The position numbers and the translations under genes were made by a program. A stretch of 62,454 nucleotides of DNA, counting the filler, from Collodictyon triciliatum (taxonomy: Eukaryota): assembly GCA_043381765.1 (NCBI GenBank). It is 5 parts of 5 records of this genome, joined end to end, with 100 filler letters (N's around TTAATTAATTAA, not from the genome) between each part and the next. Parts side by side here need not be neighbours in the genome. Positions count along the whole stretch, not along the records: positions 1 to 19,414 come from JBHJMP010000521.1; positions 19,515 to 34,499 come from JBHJMP010000525.1; positions 34,600 to 54,287 come from JBHJMP010000526.1; 2 more parts are not named here. One strand, written 5' to 3'. The notes under the pieces were generated by a model, which saw only the letters and a program-made list of their open reading frames with translations, was not told the origin of the DNA and ran no database searches. This document shows, one piece after another, positions 14,384 through 39,963 of the stretch (the first letter of the stretch is position 1; each line of letters opens with the position of its first letter).

Positions 14384-14864
14384 ACGATTTTAATACCAGT
14401 CGTTTCTCCAGGCTCGGCCCATAAATAAATAATAAATAAAAGAAAAAGAAATTATGGCGCCTCTCAACATGCCGGAGGCCACACAGCTCCAAGGACGTTG
14501 TGCAAGAAGGTGAGCTCCATATACCGGAGCCTGTTTTATGACAGGGGCAGATGCCTTTGCAGACTCGTCGGGGTTGATCAAAACGCGGGGTGATAACTCG
14601 GTGATGAGCAAAGAGGGTTGGGGAGGGAGAAAAAGAGGATCACACAGAGAGCAGACCCTGCGATCCTTGGATATGCAAGCCGGAAAGCCAATCGGCGAGA
14701 TAGCGACGTGGCCTATATTCATTCTCGCCAGAAGAAAAATAAAATATAGAGAAAATCAAAAGAGAGGAGGAGAGGGTGAGAGAAAAAGGGCGATGCGGAT
14801 GTAAATAAACGACGCGGGTTTCGAGGAAAAATAAAGCAGGTGTAATGTAGAGAAACCATTAAAC

Positions 14865-16335
14865 TTAGTCATCATCGTCTTCATCATCATCATCATCTCC
14901 TTCGTTGTCGCTCATACTCCCAAGAATATTCTCTGCAGCCAAGGACTCCAAGACATCGCGAATAGCAGTCAGACCAGCCGCCTTGATTACATTGCCATTC
15001 AGGTCAAGCTTTCTGAGTCCGGTCTTCGAGCGCAGGATAGACGAAAGAGCTTGGGCGACGTCATCGTGAATATCACTGTACGACAGATTCAGCTCCTCTA
15101 AGTTTTTCAGCCCGTCGATAACCGGGACCAAACGAAGAACGGATTTGTTGTTTAGGAAGCAATCTCCAAGGCCCAAAACGCGCAGCTCAGGGAATAAAGG
15201 CAGAACTTCAACCAGAATATCCATGGCTTTGAGAACATTGTTGTCGCTCAGTTCCAAAACTTGCAAGTGCGTCGCTCCACGGAGGGCATCGAGGATAGCA
15301 GCCATTCCTTCCGGCTGGATGCCGTTTGAGTTGATCTTAAACTCGCGCAGAGTCGGGGCAATGACTTTGATGGCCTGATTACGAATCGAAGAAAGGAGAA
15401 GGGAGAAAAGGGACACGTAGAATTCAGTCATCCGTTTCATTATCCATGTAAAGACGTATCAAAAACATTAGAAGATGTATTTGAATGAACCATCACGATT
15501 TTAGATTAGTCATGAAGAAACCACGACAATCATATTTCTATAATACAAATAAATAAAAATACAACAATAAAATCTGAAAAAAAAAAACAATCCAAACCGG
15601 GGCAAGGGCAAGCGCACCGTTAGTCTCAAGGCGATTGCGGCCAATCACCAAAGTCTCGAGAAGTGGAGGCGTTTCTTTTGCCACGAGGGCATCAGAGACT
15701 ATCTTTGCGCCACCACTCCCAAGTCCGTTGTTGTTGAGAAGGAGTCTACGCAGGCTGGGCTTCTGAAGCAGCGGCGGCAGATGGACGGCTGCACGAGGGC
15801 CGAAGGCATTATTGCTCAGGTCAACCTCAGTCAGAAATTCGCTGCTGAGGCCTCCCACAAAGGCAGAGACGGCTGGTTTGATCTCGTCCACAGAACGGCC
15901 AGTGAAGAGGTCGTTGAGGTCGGCAGTCTGCAATAAATTAAAAAAAAAAAAAGAGGAAAAAGGGAAAGAGGAAAAATAGTGATTTTTGTGGGAGTTCCAA
16001 GAGATGCAACTTTGAAAAATCGTTCACAAATACGGTTGCATTTTTGAGGCAGCATCATTAAGAGCTTATTACGCGTATATTGTTTGATGTATGCATGTAT
16101 GATGGATCAGTAAGAGAGAGAGAAAAAGAGAAAAAGAAACCTGAAGCGCGACACATTCGCCTATTGCAGCGCCGATCGCTTCAGCAGCCTCCGGTCCGAC
16201 TGTGCTGCCCGAAAACTTGATGGTCTTTACAGTCGCGGCAACAGCCTGGATTTCAGCAACCACGGCTTCGGCTTCCTTTGCGGTGGTCAAACGCAACGTG
16301 CGTCCGGTCAGGTCGAGTGTGCTTGTCTCTGCCAT
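14865..16335 (-). CDS. RANGAP1: Ran GTPase-activating protein (LRR plus acidic tail, Rna1p-like), 3 exons
   Basis: LRR protein with RanGAP signatures DLNDLFTGR, DLSNNAFGP, LNNNGLG and GRNRLE, ending GSMSDNEGDDDDDEDDDD*. No WPP or SUMO-attachment domain visible. Confidence 0.93.
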
Positions 16336-16761
16336 GGCTTGTGTCTCGTTGTTTGCTTCGGCCTTCTCTGCCTTTGGTGGGCGGTCTGTTACGATCAACG
16401 AGTCAGTCGCGGAATCGGCCGAGTGGAATCGGTGGATTATCGACCCTGTTTTTCCTCTTCTCATAGTTATTCTTTGAAGAGCGATAGTTTTGAATGAGCA
16501 TAAAACATTCATTTTGGCTCTTGATTGCGCGAGTGAGTGAAACTTTGTCACTAGAATGAATCTGCTCAGCTTGAGGATCAAAGCGGGAGTGTCGCAAGGC
16601 AGGAAGCAGGTTGTGGTTATTTTGCCATTGGATCATAAGACCGTCGTTGTTTGGTATTGGGCGAGCCATTCAAAATTCAAAAACGAAAGAAAAAAAAGCA
16701 ATTGTGCCACTTTGGGTGACCACACCCAGAAATCCCGCAGAACATCTGCAAAAACAAAGTC

Positions 16762-16833
16762 TGAGCCCTACGTGAATCGAACACGCAACCTTATGATCTG
16801 GAGTCACACGCTCTACCATTGAGCTAAGGGCCC
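16762..16833 (-). tRNA. tRNA-Trp (anticodon CCA), intronless, 72 nt
   Basis: Reverse complement GGGCCCT TA GCTC AATGGTA GAGC G TGTGA CTCCAGA TCATA AGGTT GCGTG TTCGATT CACGT AGGGCTC A folds as a cloverleaf with A/B boxes. A T-rich tract (TTTGTTTTT) follows as a likely Pol III terminator. Confidence 0.96.
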
Positions 16834-17251
16834 GCTTCTTGCTTTATATTAAATATTAATACAATATAAAATCATACAGTTTCCTGAGTGGAGGGTGCAA
16901 GAACAGAGCGCGTCTGTGTCCCACCGCATCAACATTGGCGATTGCGCGGGTTTATGTTTGACTAGTTTATTCTGCCCAACGCCAAGATTTTCAAGGATTT
17001 GAGTCGCAGAGGAGCGGGATGATTGTGATGTTTCTAACCAAAGAGCAGGAGTGAGAGGGCAATAGAAGCGGAGCAGTGATATACAGCAACAGCGAAGGTG
17101 TGATGAGATATTCACGAAGCGACCAATTTTTTCTTTCCAAAAAATAGCCCAAAACACAAAAGACGGGAGTAACGAGGAGAAGGAAGAGGATATAAAGTGA
17201 AATAAAAGAAATAGAGGAAAGGGTCGCATCCAAAACTTGGATGAATTGCAC

Positions 17252-18204
17252 TCAGTCCTCTGGATTCAGGAGGCTTGTGATGTCCATGCGGCGATCTCTG
17301 GCAAGAGGCAGGGGCGAGTCTGGAGACCGAGCCTCCTTGTCCGAGTGCGACGGGCTTCGTTGCAGAGGCAGAGGCAACGCCGAAGGCAAAGGGAAAGGGT
17401 GAGATTGAATCGATGGCAATCCCGACGCAGCCAACGCATCCGACCCAAGAGACAAGAGCGAGAAAAAGTAGGAGCTTGGCAGGGCATTGGGGGCATGAAG
17501 CGGGGGCATTGCAGACACAGAGAATTGTGCATCAGACAGAGTGGGAAGCGGGGCACTGACAAGCGAGCTTGCGAGCTGTGTGTGTCTTAATGTCTCAGCA
17601 GCAGAGACGCACGCTTCCGTGTGCTGACGCAGCTGCGCCTTTTGTGTCTTGCGCGCGATTTTAATCCAGCGGGAGCGGCACTGGATGTCTGTTCTTCCAG
17701 GGATGTCTTGGGCAATCTTCTTCCAGGAGCCGACCCCGTACTTCTTGACAAATGATACCAAAAGGGCGTCTTCCTTCTCGCTCCACACTCCTTTCCGGAT
17801 TTCAGGGCTGGACAGGAAGGATTCTTGTGAGAGATTTGCTCAATAACAGGTGAAGGTCGTTGGACGAGGGTGTGTGTACTTGTTTTCGTTTTCATACACC
17901 CAGCATTAAAGTGCACGAGTTTCTTCCCCCGCGTGAAACGGAGTATGACTTTGAGAGTGCAAAAGGAGAAAGGAAAGGTAGAAAGAAAAAACAACCTGAG
18001 GGCTCGGTACCAACGCTGGCAACACTGGTCGGCGGAGCGATTCCCGACGTACTCGGCAATCTTTATCCAGCTGCGGCTACCGAGTCGCTTGACCGCTGCA
18101 ACAAGTCGCTCGTCTTCCTTGGCGGCCCATAGGTGCGTCCTTTTCTTGTCACTGCCTTCCCCTTGTGTCAGTGCTTCCTGTCCGGCTGCTCCTGAGGCTC
18201 TCAT
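17252..18204 (-). CDS. Two-repeat Myb/SANT transcription factor, 2 exons (intron 17808-17995)
   Basis: WAAKEDERLVAAVKRLGSRSWIKIAEYVGNRSADQCCQRWYRAL|SPEIRKGVWSEKEDALLVSFVKKYGVGSWKKIAQDIPGRTDIQCRSRW has two Myb repeats with regularly spaced Trp. Low-complexity tail ends MDITSLLNPED*. Confidence 0.93.
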
Positions 18205-19414
18205 CAGCTTGTTTTTGTTTTGTTGTTTTGTTTTGTTGTTTTGAAGTTGTTGTTTTGAAGTTGGTCGGTGACTTTGTTGCAGACTTCTTTCTTGAAACTT
18301 GTCTCCCTTTGTGTCTCCCAGTATATTTATTCCCTTTCTTCCTGGGGAGGCTGTCCTATCACTCCTGCTTGCCGACAAGCGAAAGAATGGCCCTGGAGAG
18401 TGAAATAACAGCGTTAGCGTTAGCGTTTGGATTTGGTTTGTCTCAAGACAACAAGAAGAAGACGATGTGGTCCCATATTTTTTTCCGGCACCAGTAGATT
18501 TCATCTCTGCTATGTTGCAGCTCAAACATGAGATGTGTGTTTCAATGTCGCTTAATAGATAGAAAGAGAATGAATAACAAGAGAAACAAGTAGAGCGACG
18601 TTTGTGAGCTGCAGGCAAAGATGCCAGGTGCTGCCAGATGCTCTGACCACGACTCGCGAGTATGAAAGTGTTTGCTGGGTTGCTTTTCACCCAAGACACT
18701 CGACGCAGCGGGCATTGCGAGGGCATCAGCTGCGATTCAGACGGGTTGTATTTCGCCTGCTCGGACGCGTCCACAGTTTCCCAAACTCGCGCTCGCCCGC
18801 TCTGCTTCGTCCCTCGTGCGTGCCAGGAGATGTTTGGCCGGCTCGTATTTATACCGGATGGCTGAGAAATGCCATTTTGGGGTATTTGGCCCTATCACCG
18901 CGAGGATGCGAAAATAATTCTTAGTTGAACAAAATTAATTGTAGATTGCTGGAAAATGCCATATTATGGGTAAATTTGTGCTAAATTTCAGGCGGGTGAG
19001 ATACTGCAATATGTCCATAATTGGTCAACTAATTCTGGAATATATTTTTGCCATCCGCCCGACACTGGTCTTACTGAAATACAGTCCAAACACAAGCCTC
19101 GGCTCCACAAAGATAAACGAGGCTGTGGGTGGGGGGGGGGGGGGGTTTTTTTATGAATATTGCGTGGTGTGGCGACTTCTATGCAGTGTGGACATAATTG
19201 ACATGATTAAAAAAATGAAAGAGAGAGAGAGATAAAAAAAAAATGCAGTTCAAATGGTTAGAAGGCGTTGAAACTCGTGTGCGTCATAATACAGACTCTC
19301 CTTCATCAGGATTTGGTGTTTGTGAAGCCAGAAGGAGTTGTTGGGCGACCAGTGTTGCGTGCGTGTAAAACCTAATGCTGTCTATTAGAAAAGAAAAACT
19401 ATAGAGGGCACAGT

Positions 19415-19514
19415 NNNNNNNNNNNNNNNNNNNNNNNNNNNNNNNNNNNNNNNNNNNNTTAATTAATTAANNNNNNNNNNNNNNNNNNNNNNNNNNNNNN
19501 NNNNNNNNNNNNNN
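19415..19514. other. Artificial scaffold-joining spacer (N44-TTAATTAATTAA-N44)
   Basis: Palindromic 12-mer with stops in all six frames flanked by N runs; identical at four places; genes are truncated at it. Confidence 0.95.
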
Positions 19515-19515
19515 C

Positions 19516-19674
19516 CTCGGCCGCACCGGATCCCGCGGTGGCATCACTCAAGTCCGTGTTGAACTCATGGACAAGACCGAGCGCTCCATGATCCGCAACG
19601 TCAAGGGCCCAGTCCGCGAGGGAGACGTTATCACCCTCCTGGAGTCCGAGCGTGAAGCCAGACGCCTTCGCTAA
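19516..19674 (+). CDS. RPS28: 40S ribosomal protein S28 (eS28), 5'-truncated by the scaffold start
   Basis: [52 protein letters not shown] is the eS28 core. Absent from the ORF track. Confidence 0.97.
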   Translation, partial: LGRTGSRGGITQVRVELMDKTERSMIRNVKGPVREGDVITLLESEREARRLR

Positions 19675-20365
19675 ACACGTGAGTCTCTTGCAATACCCTA
19701 CCCTGCTTTCTTTAATGTGGCATATCTCACAAGTACTGCACCCCTGTGTCAGCCACTCAAATAACTGCCTCGCCTGTCGTGTAGAACCTCTTCGGGCTGG
19801 ATTGTCTGCAACGAACCTTTTGTTGATAAGCAACTCTTCACGTCCGCTCCGCTACCATGCCACAATAAACGAAGACCACCTCCGCGATAGTCTCGTAAGA
19901 ATACTCTCCAACCCTTTGTTTTTCGCGTGCTTCCCAGAATCATCTAGCGGAGTGCCCGGTGAGGCCACTGGAATAAAAATTGTATTTCCCAGAAATGGTA
20001 TGATTTCGACAGGACAGCCCCCACTTCCACATTCGCCGGGTGAAGGAAAGAAAATTCATGGAAGCGCTCGCGGTCTGGCCGCTTTTGTTTTTGGGAGTGG
20101 ACACTGGATGTGCTTTCCACCGCACAGAAATCAACAGAAGCGCTTCTCTGGCCAGACTCTTGTTCCAGGCGAGAAACGGTCTGAGGGAGGAGGAATAACC
20201 ACACAGCTTGTCTAGCAAGCATCACCCTTCCTGATTCTCAGCCGCTGTTTTTTTTTTTCCTCCTATTTTTTCCCTTTTTTTTTAATCTGAATTGTCCTCT
20301 ATTTTCGGATTTTTCAAGTACAAGGCCAAAGCAGCAGCGATCAGGCCGCGAGATCAAAGCGCTAT

Positions 20366-34379
<14,014 letters not shown>

Positions 34380-34499
34380 GTGAGAGTGTTACAATTAATT
34401 TTTTGCTTGTTTGTTTGTTTGTTTGTTTGTTTGTTTGTTTGTTTGTTTGTTTGTTTGTTTGTTTGTTTGTTTGTTTGTTTGTTTGTTTGTTTGTTTGTT

Positions 34500-34599
34500 N
34501 NNNNNNNNNNNNNNNNNNNNNNNNNNNNNNNNNNNNNNNNNNNTTAATTAATTAANNNNNNNNNNNNNNNNNNNNNNNNNNNNNNNNNNNNNNNNNNNN
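34500..34599. other. Artificial scaffold-joining spacer
   Basis: N44-TTAATTAATTAA-N44, with (GTTT)n before and (AAAAACCA)n after. Confidence 0.95.
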
Positions 34600-34874
34600 A
34601 AAACCAAAAAACCAAAAAACCAAAAAACCAAAAAACCAAAAAACCAAAAAACCAAAAAACCAAAAAACCAAAAAACCAAAAAACCAAAAAAACCAAAAAA
34701 CCAAAAAACCAAAAAACCAAAAAACCAAAAAACCAAAAAACCAAAAAACCAAAACAAAAACAAAACAAAAAACTTAATGGAATCATAACTTCGACCTGAT
34801 TTACTCTCCCTGCAGATTCCACGCCGCGCAAACACATAATCAACGCCGGAATAACGCCATCATCACAGCCCCAT

Positions 34875-37800
34875 ATGAAACATCTTCAAAGACCAGACGG
34901 GTTCTCTGAAGCAAGAGTCTCTTTTGAAACGCAGCGCTTGAAGCGCGGGCCCACGCAGCAAAATCATGAGGGTTGTCACGATTATAATCAAACCGCGCGT
35001 GGTGAAACACACATAAATATCGATGGGGATGATTACCACGGCGATGGAAACACTCGTGCTATGTCTGGTAATCAGCCATCTTTTCATAGCACAAAGGCCA
35101 AAGCCAAGAAAATATATGCCAAAAAAGCCTCGTCAAAGGCGAACAAACGGCACTTTGCAACACATCACAGTCAAAGAGAGGCACAAAATGACTTTGCATA
35201 TGGTTGCGACTTCGAAGGCCGTGATGATGGCGATGGTGATGGAGATGATGGAGATGATGGCTATGAGCGCAAATACCAGAATGAAACCAGAGATGATATT
35301 GATGGCAATGGTGGTGATTCTGATGACGACGATGACGACATGCTAATTGCCATGGCTGCGAGACTAAGCAGAGAGCTATCAAAGTTTCGAAAAGGTTCAT
35401 CGTCATCCAACGCAAGGTTGGTGGGCCAGGGAGATTCCACTGACTTGAATCTGTTAAACATTACTCTTCAGGATAACGTCACAGTAGATGCGCCAATAGA
35501 CAATCAAAGAGAAGCCCAAGCAAGACACACTGCCGAGTCATCGCAAGGCACGGTCAGCGCTTTGCCATTGCCCAGGTCGTCAGAAAGTGCGGTTTGTCTA
35601 GGCCAGACAGAGTCGTTTGCCTCGCCAGTGTTTGTTACTGCATCAAATACCTCACTCCACACACTCTCACCCGCGAGGGGAAGTGAAAGACGCAAAGGAA
35701 AACCTTCACCAAAGACACGAAAATCCGCCGGGAGAAAAGCTACATATCATAGCGGTAATTCAAACCTTGTGTCTAGTGTGTCTGATGTTGGCGATATGGG
35801 TGGCTTGGAACAAGATATTAGGGCTCTCGAAGCGGAGTTTGGTGTGGACATGTCGCAGATCAACACAGTGGCAGAAAATGCAGCACATATACATGCTCAT
35901 TCGCATGAAAAGCATCATATTGCTGGATCTATTCCATTGAGTTCTTCCCACGGTTATCACGACAGCGCTGACCGTTTAATGAGTCCCGTATCTGGGGCCA
36001 ATATGGATACCATCGACCCTTTATTTGATGATGAGAGCAGTCTAGAATTTGATGGAGATGAGGAGGAGGATCCGCAGTTTGAAACGGAGGTTTTCGCGTC
36101 TCGTCCAAAGCGATACCGAGTATGTTTAGAATACATAATAATAAAATTGTTTCCAATTTAAAAACATAAACATCTTTGTTATATTTTATTCCGTCTCCAA
36201 TAGTATCATTATTGAATATTTTTTTTTTATTTTTCGAGGACTCGTGATTATTATTTTTTTCAAAGAAAATATTGATTGATTCAATTTTATAATTTAGCTA
36301 TATCTTGAAAATTAAATCGTGTTAATGTACTGGTATCGAATAGAAATCGGGACGACCTTTTCTGAGGAAGCTGGAGCCACATCTTGCAGGGATGCTTGGG
36401 GAAGCAAACATGCTTTTTATATCATACAAATTCGAAAAGGCAATATCATTACAAAACAATTATAAGAAATTATAAGTGTTCAAATTTTCCAACTAGAAAT
36501 CACATTCAAATATATTCTGATATTATGGAAAATTTCTGAATCATCTGTTTAATAGGCCATCGTCTTGCTTAGCGAAGTGATTAGACAGGCTCCACAATCA
36601 TCTGATGCTTACCACACCCTGGGACTGATTTATGAAAATATTGGGGAAAAAAAGAAAGCTTTTGATGCATATTTGATTGCTGCTGCGTTGACTCCTCGCG
36701 ATCTCTCGCTTTGGAGAAGACTGTCTACGATGGCTAGGTTCATTTCCACACCAAACCGAGTATTTGAATAGCTTTTATTTTGTTTTAATACACATTTAAT
36801 GAAAAAAGGCCTATAGTTTCAATATTTCCTCTTTTTTTTTTTAAAAAAAAAGATTTTGTAAAAACTGATGTATCTTTATGCCGCAGAGAACTTGGTTCGA
36901 TACAGCAGGCAATATTTTGCTTGAACCGAATTGTTAGACTTGATCCAACGGACATGGAATCTCTGTTAACTTGCTCACTGCTGCAATACCAGAATCGGTG
37001 ACTCATGCTTCTATGGTTTCCTGTTCTCAAATATTATGTTGCTCCTTGTTTGTTATGGTTTAAACAATTCATCTTCTATATTTCAATCTTTATATTTGCT
37101 CTTCGGGCATGACCCAAAAAAATAATTCAATTGTTGTTGAATGAGATTTTGGTAATACTACTTTGAACTTTTCTCTTACATTTCAAAATATAGGCAATAC
37201 AATAAAGCAGCAGAAGGCTTTCAGACACTTCTTCGCGCCCAACCTGGTGATTTTGACCTGATGAAAAATCTCGCTATGGTAGATTAGAAACAAGATGTCA
37301 AAATTTTTTTTTATGTTTGTATATTATTTCAGTGTAACATATTTGTATCGTAAAATTGTATCATAGGCATTTCATAATGCCAAACATACCGCAAAAGCTA
37401 TTGGTATTTTCAAAGAGGTTATCAAACTCCAGCCGCAGTTCGACCTTGACTGCATTAACATGTTGTGCGAACTACTAATGGTGCATCAGTGAATCACTTT
37501 CAACATCTCTTTTTTAAAAGTATTTTATTAAATAATTGCCCGATTTCCTTCATGAATCATTCGCAAATGAACTCATGTTTCTCTGTACTAGAGCGACAAA
37601 CAATACATGGAAGTAATTACCTTGATTCGTCAAGTTGAGTCAAAAATACCTGATGTTCCCTTGGACTTGACCGTCAAGATTGGACAATCCTATCTCTTGG
37701 TTGGGAAGAATGACGAAGCAGAGGTAAATGAATAAACTTATTTGCAACTACCATAAAATCAATTCAATGATACCAGTCTTAAAGGTATTCAAATCTCACG

Positions 37801-39866
37801 CAGCACCGGCATTTTTTTAACAGAAGCTTCTTGGAAAACTGTTCGCAAGTGACGTTGTCCTTTACGGGGATTTATTTGCAGATGCGGCTCAAACCTATAT
37901 CTCTGTCGGTAAGTAAATCAGAGTCCTACGTAAAGTCATCTAAAATTTGCCTATGATATCTTGTTTTTGTTTTTGTCTATGTTTTTGTTTTTGTTTTTGT
38001 TTTTGTTTTTGTTTTTGTTTTTGTTTTTGTTTTTGTTTTTGTTTTTGTTTTTGTTTTTGTTTTTGTTTTTGTTTTTGTTTTTGTTTTTGTTTTTGTTGTT
38101 TATGTTTTTNNNNNNNNNNNNNNNNNNNNNNNNNNNNNNNNNNNNNNNNNNNNNNNNNNNNNNNNNNNNNNNNNNNNNNNNNNNNNNNNNNNNNNNNNNN
38201 NNNNNNNNNTTGTTTTTGTTTTTGTTTTTGTTTTTGTTTTTGTTTTTGTTTTTGTTTTTGTTTTTGTTTTTGTTTTTGTTTTTGTTTTTGTTTTTGTTTT
38301 TGTTGTTTATGTTTTTGTTAATGTTTTTGTTAATGTTTTTTTTTGTACCGTTATACAATCATACTAGAATTTCTTTTTAGAAAACTGAAGTCACATTACC
38401 AAATATGCTGAATATGAATTCAAGGCAAATAATTACCTATCTAAACTAAAAAAAATAATCACTTATTCTATATGTTTGGGTCAGGGATGTATGAACCTGC
38501 TCTAATGTTTCTGAACAGACTCAAAGAAAGTCCAGAGAACAATCAACCAAAAAATCTTCTTCGACGGGCATTTTGCTCCAAAATGCTTAAAAATATGAAA
38601 GAGGCTCAGGAACTTTATGAAAAAGGTAGTTTGTGTATACCTTTATAATCAAACGCGAATCGGCCCCTTATTATGAAAGTATATTTTTGTTTTTGTTTTT
38701 TCTTTTTAAGCCTGGGTTAGGCTATTGTATATTCATTTGATAAAATCTAATTACACTCTTGATTATTCCAACAAAAAGTATTGGAAGATTCGCCTGGTGT
38801 TGTTGAAGCTTCATTAGAGCTAGCGGCGCTTTATAAAGAGATGGGGCAATACCTAAAAGCTTTGGATGTGCTTACAGATCAAATGAAAGGTTTTAAGAAT
38901 TTTTTTTAAAAAGACTTTGAAAAGACATTCATTTTAGAAATGTATGACCCAGCAATCGCACAATATATTTTATACATTGTTCTTACCCAAGAGCATTGGT
39001 AATCTAATTTATTTCAATTCTTTGGTAGTGTTTGAAAAAAAAGCTGCGACAGTAAACACGAATTCTTCTACCAAAAAAATCCAAGGAGAAATTGATTTGA
39101 CCAATACTCTAGACCTTCTTGTATAATTTTAACATTTCAGCAATAGCATTTTTCTGTGATTGGCCTTTTCTTTAGAGATCATTATTAGAAGAAAAAAGGA
39201 GTGTCCATCACTGAAATATTAATCTATATGTTCTAATTATTTGCAATAATGTACGTTATGTCTCAAACAAATCATTCAAGGCTATAATTTTGTTATGGTG
39301 CTGTTTAGAGGAAGATTATGGAAGATAGTGCTATGACAATTGTCCCTTTGCAAGACTGGAAAGATTCAGATTCATGTCGGGTGACTCTTGAAGCAGCCCG
39401 TTTGTATTTGCAGTTGGGACGTGAGCGTGAGTTTATCGCCACCATAGGGCCACTCATTCGCCAATCATTTTGCAATCTCGGTGTATCTTACAAGGTTTTT
39501 ATTTTCTGTCTGATACACAACATGTTCAGAAAAATCCAAAAAAATCATTTTTGGAATGAAAGTGAATTGCTATTTCAACTATTGTAGCGAATAAATCCAA
39601 TAGCGATGTCTGACCCTCTTTTAACCGGCGATGATTTGTAAGCGAAGTAATTTAAGTGAAACGAGACAACATGAAGAGCATGACATGCTCTATTTATGTC
39701 CCTTGTTTTTAGGATTACAGTTGTCTCAGGTATCTAGAGTCATTTCTCGATATAACCTTTAGGAATGAGATTTTATCAAGTAGTTCGACCCCAGATTTCT
39801 TATTGGATTACCTCGAACCTGAAGAATTTTATGAACTTGCCACCAAGGTCTACAATTATGGAAGAG

Positions 39867-39963
<97 letters not shown>

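Noticed and set aside
19652..20215. 187-aa ORF downstream of RPS28
   Set aside because: It starts out of frame inside RPS28 at a non-ATG codon and has no recognisable motif; probably UTR or promoter sequence.
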